Shown piece by piece: positions 53,517 through 64,000 of a stretch of DNA of 64,000 nt. Both the position numbers and the translations under genes were made by a program. How positions within the stretch are numbered: the stretch's first letter is position 1; every line of letters starts with the position of its first letter. Below the pieces are notes generated by a model that was not told the DNA's origin, ran no database searches, and worked only from the letters and a program-made list of their open reading frames with translations. Source of the DNA: Octopus vulgaris (taxonomy: Eukaryota); NCBI GenBank assembly GCA_951406725.2, contig OX597821.1, positions 23,312,001 to 23,376,000 on the forward strand, in the 5' to 3' direction.

Positions 53517-53625
53517 CTTTCAATACAGTAACCATAAGAGCATCACAGCAAACCACATCACATACCCAAGGTACACAGTGCTGCACTCCGTAGTGAAGTG
53601 AAAGCACGTTATGAAAATAAAACTA

Positions 53626-53712
<87 letters not shown>

Positions 53713-53917
53713 AACAACAACAACAACAACAACAACAATAATAATGAGAATCTATTGCCAGAGGAGCAAAAAAGTCTGCGGGAATGTTGAGGCACCGTCT
53801 TGGGGTATTTTCGTCGAATGGATCGACTCCAGTACTTGGTACACTATCGGTCTCTTTTGTCGCTACGTTACGTTACGGTGACATAAACGCACCACTACCG
53901 TTTGTCAATCCGTGCTA

Positions 53918-53959
<42 letters not shown>

Positions 53960-54537
53960 ACACACACACACACTCACACACACACTCTCATACACTCACA
54001 CACATATATATATATAATATGTATATATTTATTTATTTATTTACGACGGGCTTCTTTTAGTTTCCGTCAACCAAATCTACTCACAAGGCTCTGGTCAGCC
54101 CGAGGCTATAGCAGAAGACATTTGCCCAAGGTATCACATAATCACACCGAACCCTTGTGGTTGGGAAACAAGCTGCTTACCACACACCCACATGAATAGA
54201 TGGAACTCATCCGCAAACTAAAAAAAATAGGAGTAAGAAGAAAGTGAGACAGAAAGAAAGAGACACACACATAATGTATATGCTTCGGTACACTTAGCCA
54301 CACTTAGTGGGGGTTGAATGTTCCAATATGTATATATACACACAGAGACATGCAAGAAGTAACTAGACACCTTTAATATTCAAAATTTCTGATTAAAAAA
54401 AAAAAAGGGGGCGATGTATTGTCGTAACGATATTAGTTGAGATATAATTCTATTTAAATATTAATTACATAAAGTATTTTGCTCAAGAAAACAATACACG
54501 CTCTATGCGAGAATCGAAACCGCTATAGATACGATGT

Positions 54538-54569
<32 letters not shown>

Positions 54570-55076
54570 CAACATCCCTCAATGATTCGGCCGAGCAGCT
54601 TTATTTCACAAACAATGCATTAAGAAAAAAAAAAAAACCCAGAAAACAAATGGACAGGAAGTTCAATCCCTATATTACTTATATTAATTACACGAATAAA
54701 GAACACAAATATTTTGTAATTTTAGTATTAAGGCCAGGAAATTATGAAAGTGAAGTGGTACGTGCTATCACAAACCGAGGGAAATTAGTATTGTATCGCT
54801 TCACAAGCGGAAAACTTAAAATGTTTAAACGAAGTTTCAATTCATTAAAGATTTTTAAAAATGCGCTTACAAATATAACGGTCTTCGGGAAAAGACGAAA
54901 GATTTGTCCGTTAGGGTTGAGAGGAAGCTAACAGTTACGATGAAGGGATGGGACAAATGGTACTGAGGGAAATAGATTAAACGCTTATTATAGAAATATA
55001 TGCATTATGTTTCATATATACTTATATGCATATATGTGTGTATATGTGTGTGTATATATAGCTGTATATATCTGTA

Positions 55077-55308
55077 AGGCGGCGAGCTGGCAGAAACGTT
55101 AGCGCGCCGGGCGAAATGCGTAGCCGTATTTCGTCTGCCGTTACGTTCCGAGTTCAAATTCCGCCGAGGTCGACTTTGTCTTTCATCCTTTCGGGGTCGA
55201 TAAATAAAGTACCAGTTACGCACTGGGGTCGATATAATCGACTTAATCTGTTTGTCTGTCCTTGTTTGTCCCCTTTGTGTTTAGCCCCTTTTGGGTAGTA
55301 AAGAAATA
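55077..55308 (+). mobile_element. SINE family B (GGCGGCGAGCTGGCAGAA head), monomer with TSD; other copies near 458-692, 4255-4960, 8350-8556 and 52480-53030
   Basis: A box AGCTGGCAGAAACG, B box GAGTTCAAATTCC; flanked by ATATATCTGTA direct repeats. Confidence 0.88.
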
Positions 55309-55575
55309 TATATATCTGTATCTCTCTTTCTCTCTCTCTACCTCTTTCTCTCTTTCTCTCTCTCTCTCTCTACCTCTTTCTTTATCTTTCTCTCTCTCTC
55401 TCCCTCTCTATATGTATAAAGTATGGAGATGCATATAGTAAAACTAGAACTCAAAAGATATGATTATATGGATATTTTTACTAATATTTAGCAGAAGCAA
55501 CAGAGTGATTCAAGGACCAAGAGTATCATGCATTAGTACTTACCAAACTTTACATACATACATACATACATACAT

Positions 55576-55687
<112 letters not shown>

Positions 55688-55694
55688 ATATATA

Positions 55695-55729
<35 letters not shown>

Positions 55730-55930
55730 TGTTACAGATGTACTTGACTGAGTCTCTACTTAGGTTTCCCGCTTCCGCTTCATCTGTCTCCCATTCAGCG
55801 AAGCCGCGATATATGAGAAAGCGACTGGTGTCAATTTGAGCTTTAAATAAATGTTATTCCTCGCCATGTTTGTATGTATATATGCACACACACACACACA
55901 CACTCTCTCTCTCTCACACACACACATACA

Positions 55931-55969
<39 letters not shown>

Positions 55970-56029
55970 ACACACATATACATGTAGTATATATACATAT
56001 GTGTGTGTGTGTGTATATATATATATCTG

Positions 56030-56072
<43 letters not shown>

Positions 56073-56630
56073 ATGTATGTATGCATGTATGCATGTATGC
56101 ATGTCCTGGGGATGACATTAAACTGCATCCACGACTGAGGCTCCACTTCGGGAGTTCTGGAGTTGTGAGGAGCGTGGAGCCACCCTTTAATAACCATTAC
56201 ACCAGGTCCTTCTAACCCGAACTGTAGTACTTCCCAGGATTCCATCGATGGGTTAAATAGAATTCCCAGGAGTTTTAGGAGGCTCCCGTCATTTATTTTC
56301 GATAAAGTTGTGGGGAAGGAAGGCAGTTCTTCTTGGAGAAAAATAGTCTGACATAAAACTCTCAGTCGAAACAGTACTGGTCATCTTGCAATGCTGGTCA
56401 CTGGATCCTAATTTGGCGACCGAGAGAAAGGAAAAAGTGTGGTGCTAAGTTTTTGTCACTCAAATCTAATGACGTACAGATGTCTCACTATCATTCCAAT
56501 TTTTAAATCTGTTTTGTATTTCATAAAGTCCTAAGAGCGATGGTTAAACGTGCCCATTTAACGATGGAAGTAAATCAGAATTGCCAGGCGGAATGTGAGA
56601 CGGCTATCATCTGATTATGAAGCAACCATC

Positions 56631-56663
<33 letters not shown>

Positions 56664-56963
56664 TGTATGTATGTATGTATGTATGTATGTATGTATGTAT
56701 GTATGTATGTATGTATGTATGATTGTATGACTCTTCTACTTCTAATTATTATAAATCTTCCACTGAGGAGGGAGCCGGTTTCCAACAAAGATACACGGCT
56801 CCATCTCTGGGGTTTTTGTTAACACAGACAAATTCACATTACTTGCCAATCGTCATTCTAATTTTAACCTTCCTATGATATGCAATTTTCAAGATGGTGT
56901 AATTTCATTGTTCATTTTGAATCGATAGAAGGTGGGTTTTTTTCTAATATTTCATGTGTAAGC

Positions 56964-57036
<73 letters not shown>

Positions 57037-57461
57037 CATTGAAGGACACATCTTTCGATTTACAATCTAATATAGTAGAACATTTAGTATATGTCTGTAT
57101 ATGTATATATATGTGTGTGTGTATATATATATATTGCCTGTTATATACATTATATTATTATTTTTATAATTTACTTCCATCTTTACTTTTTAATTGTCAC
57201 TTTAATTTCAACTTTCCTATGATATACAATTTTCAAGATGGTGTAATTTGGTTGTTCATTTTGAACCCGATAAAAGGTTTTTTTTCCAATATTTCATGTA
57301 TAAGTCTGTGTATATATATGTAGTGGTATAAATATCAACACAAATTTTTTTCCCCTTCCTCCCTTATTTTAATTTTAATTTTTATTTTACCTTTTCTCTT
57401 TTTGTCTCTCTCCCCTTCTCCAAACACACAGAGACACACACACACGCACACACACACACGC

Positions 57462-57499
<38 letters not shown>

Positions 57500-57775
57500 C
57501 ACACACGGACACACAGACACACACATACACACACACCTCCACAAAACGATCATAAAAAGTGGAAAGAGTTCTTAGACCCCAAACGGCATTTGACCATCCT
57601 CAAAATGATAAAAGGTGTAATTTATGGCCTGCCTGCCTACCCACAATGACACATTCAGTGACACTGAAGTGGTCAAAGCTGAAATTCTTAGAACCCCCCT
57701 TGGAGTCCAGCAGACCAAAGGAAATCCTTCTTCCCTCTCCCTTCCCCTCTTTCTCTTTAGCCTCAGATACAAACG

Positions 57776-57840
<65 letters not shown>

Positions 57841-58093
57841 ATACACACATGTTCTCTCTCTCACTTCCTCCTCATCCACCTCACCCTCTTGTGCTGTCTT
57901 GTTCCTCCCCACCACTACGAAACTCTATAAAATGATTAGAATTCCCCACAAGGGAATTATTTTGATTTGAAAACCCCACTAGAATGGGAAAAAGCGCTAA
58001 TGATCTCAGTGATATGATATATATGTAAAAAATGTAATATATAAATAAATATCTGTAAATATAAACCATCCGATCTTCTGATTACCTCATTTC

Positions 58094-58154
<61 letters not shown>

Positions 58155-58574
58155 CAGCAAATTAAGGAACGGCCATAATAGGCCGTTCAACCCACTAGAA
58201 ATAACAGCCAAGGCTTCAACCGCAAAATAGTAGTAATTCCGTAAATCAGGAGAAAATTAAAAAACATTTACCCTGTTTCACTTTATACAATGCATTGTTT
58301 CATCGTTTTTTAATGGTAAATCAGCCTGATTAAATTAAATCAAGCTAATCTTCCATAGGCCAACAGATTCATCAGTAAAGTAAGCCAGGAGGGAGAGATA
58401 TTTACACGAGGCAGCACCACTACCGCTACGGCAAATGCATTGTATAAAGTGAAACAGGTAAATGTTTTTTAATTTTCTCCTGATTTACGGAATTACTACT
58501 ATTTTGCGGTTGAAGCCTTGGCTGTTATTTCTAGTGGGTTGAACGGCCTATTATGGCCGTTCCTTAATTTGCTG
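58155..58574. repeat. Long inverted repeat (~140-bp arms) around a hammerhead, flanked by (TA)n on both sides
   Basis: 58155-58296 is inverted at 58434-58574. Confidence 0.9.
58281..58380 (-). ncRNA. Type I hammerhead ribozyme, intact core, long stem II
   Basis: CUUUA-CUGAUGA-AUC...AGAUUAGCUUGAUU/AAUCAGGCUGAUUU...GAU-GAAA-CAAUGCAUUG-UA^UAAAG; 5-bp stem I, palindromic stem III. Confidence 0.88.
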
Positions 58575-59091
58575 TTGAATTTATAAATAGTCTCTGACTA
58601 TTTCCTTTTTTCTCACTAGACCGCTGGTAGCAAAATAATTTCTGCTGAATTTTTTGCTACCCTATATTGATTAATTATATATATATATATATATATATAC
58701 ATATATATACAAGCTGAATTACAAACGAAAATGGTTTGATGCGTGGAAGCCATGCACTTCTGTGCGTTGCCTCCTGTCTGCTAGCTGGCGTGTCGTGAGC
58801 GAGAGCCAAATTAGATCACGTCTATACTGGCCGATGTCTTGGCAAGAAAAGAGGAAGAGAAGAATCTCTGAACCTTAATATTGCGCAATACCCTCTATTA
58901 TTCAACTAGTTAGGCACCCGCCATCAGGAGAGCTAACACGTCTTTTACTATGGCCCCATGCTGACCAAAGCATTGTGAGTTGATTTGGTAGACAGTAACT
59001 GAAATAAGCCCGTTGTATGTATGTATGTATGTATGTATGTATGTATGTATGTATGTATGTATGTATGTATGTATGTATGTATGTACATTAA

Positions 59092-60060
59092 TAATTCTGT
59101 GCCATCCTTGCTCCGAAGTGGTGCAACCGTAGATGAAGCTGGTCCATAAACTTTTTTCCAGAGAGAGTAAAAAAGTTTGGAATTGTTAGCCTTTGAAGCT
59201 TCTTGGATCTCATCGCTTCTATCTCTCCTACATATCCTCAGCTTCCTCTGCACTGTTGCTTTATTTATTCATTTATTTATTTAGGAAGTACCTTGAGCAC
59301 TGTTGGTCTTGAAATTTCATATAGAATCAGCAGGGCTTGTGGTGCTTTTGGTAGGCTTGTTAGGCGTCTGTGGACAAGACATAATATATCTTCACAAATT
59401 AAAGATAAGGTATATAACACGTGCATCCTGCCATTTTTACTATATGGATATGAAGCATGGGTTATTTACCGTTGGCATGTAAGGCAACTGGAGTGGAGGC
59501 GCAATGGCCCAGTGGCTAGGGCAGCGGACTCGCGGTCGTAGGATCGCGGTTTCGATTCCCAGACCGGGCGTTGTGAGTGTTTATTGAGCGAAAACACCTA
59601 AAGCTCCACGAAGCTCCGGCAGGGGGTGGTGGTGATCCCTACTGTACTCTTTCTCCACAACTTTCTCTCACTCTTACTTTCTGTTTCTGTTGTACCTGTA
59701 TTTCAAAGGGCCGGCCTTGTCACGCTGAATATCCCCGAGAACTACGTTAAGGGTACACGTGTCTGTGGAGTGCTCAGCCACTTACACGTTAATTTCACGA
59801 GCAGACTGTTCCGTTGATCGGATCAACCGGAACCCTCGTCGTCGTAACCGACGGAGTGCTTCCATCCAGTAAGGCAACTGGAACAATACCATCCATACTG
59901 TCTGAGAAATATTTGGCGGATAAACTGGAAAACGGCTGTTAGTAATGTGGAGGTCTTGACAAGAATGGCAGTAGAAGTATAGAGTCAATGATTCTGCAAA
60001 GACATTTGAAATGCGGTGAGGGGCATCTGCTAAGGATGAGTGGATGAAAGACTCACAGTG
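59092..60060. mobile_element. RTE/BovB-like LINE fragments in opposite orientations (59092-59262 minus; 59270-60060 plus, interrupted by a SINE)
   Basis: Minus: IQEAS..NNSKLFYSLWKKVYGP...PLRSKDG. Plus: FIYLGSTLS...RISRACGAFGRL...LLYGYEAW. Confidence 0.82.
59493..59868 (+). mobile_element. SINE family C, young copy inserted in an RTE ORF; partial copies at 9895-10162 (-), 35240-35424 (-) and 38290-38710 (+)
   Basis: 14-bp TSD GTAAGGCAACTGGA. Confidence 0.92.
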
Positions 60061-60211
60061 AACTGCTTCCAAACCCGAACTGCCAATCGCTCACAGTTCT
60101 TTGTTTTATAACAATGAGTCATACAATTCTATATTTAAGAGATGAGAAATTATGTACATCATTTACATTATTTACATTTGACAGATATTTGTCCTCATCT
60201 TGTTTGTTGTT

Positions 60212-60257
60212 AACACAACGTTTCGGCTGATATACCCTCCAGCCTTCATCAGGTGTC
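60212..60257 (-). ncRNA. Minimal type I hammerhead ribozyme, intact core
   Basis: GACAC-CUGAUGA-A-GGCUG(GAGGGUAUAU)CAGCC-GAAA-CG-UU^GUGUU. Confidence 0.85.
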
Positions 60258-60304
60258 TTGGGGAAATTTCGAACCTGGGTTCTCATTCCTAAGGTATTTT
60301 TCGA

Positions 60305-60369
<65 letters not shown>

Positions 60370-60451
60370 TCACTGCCTGGAATCAGACTCAGAATCTTGA
60401 GTGGCCATGCTGGAGCACCACCTTTAGTCGAGCAAATACATATACATACAT

Positions 60452-60543
<92 letters not shown>

Positions 60544-60706
60544 GGCACACAAAGAGGGGACTGAAAAGTTCCTGGCTTTAAGGGTATCGCAAGTTCTTTT
60601 ACAGGACTTTAAAAAACCGAAAGAAGGCTGCAATAAGTATTAGAATCTGAGAGGAGATATGTCGAATAATACGTGTGTGTGTGTGTATACGCATATATGT
60701 AAACAT

Positions 60707-61036
60707 ATACATATGCGCGCGCGGATACTACTTAAGAACAGTGGTCCCGGTGCGCACACACGCGTACTCGCGCTTCCGCGCTAGCTAGTCGTGACTAGTC
60801 TATCCTACAACGACTACCTAGCAAAGTAAATAAAACACAAAATAAATCATTTTTTAAACAAAGTAAATATAGGCGCAGGAGTGGCTGTGTGGTAAGTAGC
60901 TTGCTTACCAACCACATGGTTCCGGGTTCAGTCCCACTGCGTGGCATCTTGGGCAAGTGTCTTCTGCTATAGCCCCGGGTCGACCAATGCCTTGTGAGTG
61001 GATTGGGTAGACGGAAACTGAAAGAAGCCTGTCGTA

Positions 61037-61087
<51 letters not shown>

Positions 61088-61470
61088 ATATGTTTGTGTG
61101 TCTGTGTTTGTCCCCCTAGCATTGCTTGACAACCGATGCTGGTGTGTTTACGTCCCCGTCACTTAGCGGTTCGGCAAAAGACACCGATAGAATAAGTACT
61201 GGGCTTACAAAGAATAAGTCCCGGGGTCGATTTGCTCGACTAAGGCGGTGCTCTAGCATGGCCGCAGTCAAATGACTGAAACATAGAAAAGAGTAAAGAG
61301 TAAGAGTAAAACACAAAAACACAGAGTAAATAGTTTAAAAAAAAAAAAAATAAAACACAAAAACACAAAGTAAGGATCGACTAGTCACGACTAGCTAGCG
61401 CGGATGTGCGAGTGCGCGAGTGCGCGCACCGGGACCACACTTCTTAAATAGTACCCGCGCGCATGTGTAT
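60707..61470. mobile_element. MITE with ~100-bp TIRs, interrupted by a SINE
   Basis: 60707-60806 is inverted at 61372-61470 (GCTAGCTAGTCGTGACTAGTC core). Confidence 0.75.
60871..61305 (+). mobile_element. SINE family A (tRNA head, CORE-like body, internal microsatellite, GAGTAAAA tail), full-length
   Basis: A box TGGCTGTGTGG, B box GGTTCAGTCCC, CORE-like CTTGGGCAAGT. More than 20 full or partial copies occur in the window. Confidence 0.9.
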
Positions 61471-61933
61471 TTACTCCGCATTCCGATTATGAAGAAACCA
61501 GATATTGTTATTTGTGTGAGAAAAAGAAAGTAGTAAATCGGGTCGAATTGGTTGGTTCTCGTGCCTAAGCCCAACGCATAGTGAAGCAAATAGCATCATG
61601 AGTGATAGCGAGGCTACAGTGGAGAAGGTAAGGCACCGGATTTGGTTAGAAAGGAGACGGTGAGGAATAGCTAGAATACTGGGTGAAGTCTAGGCGCGGC
61701 TGTCTGGTAATAAGCTTGCTTTCCAACCACATGGTTCCAGGTTCAGTCCCCATGTGTGGCACATTGGGCAAGTGTCTTCTACTTGCCGATCAAAGCCTTG
61801 TGAGTAGATTTGGTAGACGGAAACTGAAAGAAGCCCATCGTATATATGTATGTACATATATGTATGTATGTATGCATATATTTATATATTATTCATATTA
61901 TTATATGATCGAATGCCACGCATCCTTTTCCAA

Positions 61934-61977
<44 letters not shown>

Positions 61978-62056
61978 ATAAGATCGATATTTAAATATCG
62001 ATCTTATCAAGTGGCCAGCATGGGAATAAAAACCTTACAAAGGTAAAAATTATTTG

Positions 62057-62191
62057 AAATTATAAATTAGGGTATCTGAGAGATACCACTACGCTGAAAT
62101 AGCTGTCAAAACCTTACCGGTGGCTTTAGGGTCAAGTTTTGACTGCTATTTCAGCGTGGTGGTATCTCTCAGATACCCTAATTTATAATTT
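62057..62191. repeat. Inverted repeat (~55-bp arms) plus small palindrome at 61977-62008, between TA tracts
   Basis: AATTATAAATTAGGGTATCTGAGAGATACCAC... / ...GTGGTATCTCTCAGATACCCTAATTTATAATT. Confidence 0.88.
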
Positions 62192-62282
62192 TATATATAT
62201 AAACGGCGCGCGCTTTCTCCTGATGGCCCCATAAGCCTGCTGGTGTACGGTAGATGGAGCTTTGAACTGGTAGCTATTGCAT

Positions 62283-62503
62283 ACTCTTTTACTCTTTTAC
62301 TTATTTCAGTCATTTGACTGCGGCCATGCTGGAGCACTGCCTTTTAGTCGAGCAAATCGACCCCGGGACTTATTCTTTTTGTAAGCCCAGTACTTATTCT
62401 ATCGGTGTCTTTTGCCGAACCGCTAAGTTACAGGGACATAAACACACCAGCATCGGTTGTCAAGCAATGCTAGGGGAACAAACACAAACATACACGCACA
62501 CAC

Positions 62504-62548
<45 letters not shown>

Positions 62549-62712
62549 CGACAGGCTTCTTTGAGTTTCCGTCTACCAAATCCACTCACAAGGCATTGGT
62601 CGGCCCGGGGCTACAGCAGAAGACACTTGCCCAAGATGCCACGCAGTGGGACTGAACCCGGGACCATGTGGTTGGTAAACAAGCTACTTACCACACAGCC
62701 ACTCCTGCGCCT
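62283..62712 (-). mobile_element. SINE family A, full-length; other copies near 1-90, 1221-1735, 2960-3125, 8802-9015, 9742-9890, 10475-10700, 17418-17790, 18080-18237, 19510-19932, 21610-21840, 25375-25745, 36003-36165, 39790-40000, 49170-49270, 53780-54190, 61692-61840 and 62930-63135
   Basis: Same consensus. Confidence 0.9.
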
Positions 62713-64000
62713 ATATGCATCTGCATATTGTTTGCAAAAAAAAAAGTAGAAAAATCAAATAAAAGAAAGAACAAAATGGTTTTCACCCATTTCTGAGAAA
62801 TCCGCCCTCAGTGTTATTATGACATTTTACTTCAGAAGTAAACAACTTCATAATCTATATCCTGGTGTTACTCGTTCAATCTGACCTCGTTTTCCGGAAC
62901 ACGCCTTTTTTTTTTTTTTTTTTTCAATTAATCTTTTATCTTTTACTTATTTCAGTCATTAGACCGCGGCCATGCTGGGGCACAGCCTTGAAGAATTTTA
63001 GTCAAATAAATCGACCCTAGTACTTTTTTTTTGTTGCAAAGCATACTTGCCTTACCGTTAAGTTATGGGGACTTAAACACACCAACACTAGTTGTCAAAC
63101 TGTGGGTGTGTGGGTGGAGATGACAAACACACACACACATAATATATATATATATATATATATATATAAGAATGAATGTTTTTATATATAATGAACGTGA
63201 AATACAGGAAGGGACGAACACGGAACACAGACAAATCATTCGAAGCCTTCAATCTTCAGTCAGACACCGAATCATCATAGCAAATTTCGGCTGTTCAATT
63301 CTGATATTTGCTCCAACTCGGCCAGCCCCAAGAAAAAAACTAAGCTGTAAGCATTAGATTTCTTGGTAGAAGACAGGAATGTGAACGCACAAGACGGATG
63401 TGAATACAAGAGACGAAAACGAAATTGAAAACAGTAATGAATAAACAAAATATATAGAACGGTGGTTGTCATACGACTTTAGACCAAATGAGACAAAAAC
63501 ACAACAACAACATAGCTGGCGTAGAAATAATTACCGTTTCGGTAGCGGGGACACATGTTGGTCGAGATACGAAGGCCAACAGAATGGTTTAAGAAGCAGC
63601 AGGTCGCAGGAGAGAGAGAAAGAGAGACAGAGAGAGAGGGAATCAAAGAGGGTGGAAGGCAGGGGACAGAATCAGTGACCAAGAGAGAAGGAGAAAGAAG
63701 GGATTAAGGAGGATGGGAGGAAGAGGAGGAGGATGGGAGGAAGAATCGGAGGGCGCCAAAAAGTTTGGTGAAGAAGCAATGGCGGGTAGTAAAAGACAGT
63801 GTGTATAGAAGTCGTGCAGGGTTTAAAATTGGACAAACAAACGGGGGGGTGCACGTAACGCCGCAATAATATAAGAATATATATATAACGGGAAGATTTA
63901 TGAAAATAAACAAAAGACGAAGGCAGGTGGAATACAAACAAACACTGTATTAGTATGGCGCTCAGGAATATAAATAAAACAAGTCTTTTACGTTTCGAGC

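Noticed and set aside
56860-57320. ~110-bp direct repeat (56860-56970 and 57210-57320)
   Set aside because: Local duplication next to TA tracts with no recognisable functional motif.
58740-58815. GCCTCCTG-containing segment as an HDV-like ribozyme
   Set aside because: The nested double pseudoknot pairings could not be assigned by eye.
63230-63310. CTGA/GAA motifs on the minus strand as a hammerhead
   Set aside because: No consistent stems I-III can be built around a complete core.

Overview
AT-rich, microsatellite-saturated animal intergenic or intronic DNA. The SINE families look like those of octopus; this is inferred from repeat recognition, not from a search. No host protein-coding exon can be supported, and nearly all ORF-track hits are microsatellite or SINE artefacts. 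The only clearly functional genes are four elongator tRNA-Met(CAT) genes (5622-7521, minus strand), each with a 22-nt intron at the canonical 37/38 site. Intron-containing Met tRNA is typical of plants and is not in the usual animal set. The rest is a graveyard of mobile elements: three tRNA-derived SINE families, Penelope-like, R4/Dong and RTE retroelement fragments, mariner, Tc1, hAT, Merlin-like and Helitron DNA elements. A hidden layer of at least ten type I hammerhead ribozyme motifs from several unrelated sequence families is also present. Four have intact catalytic cores. Most sit 100-200 nt upstream of a (TA)n tract, often within fold-back inverted repeats, and one lies downstream of a tRNA-like B box.
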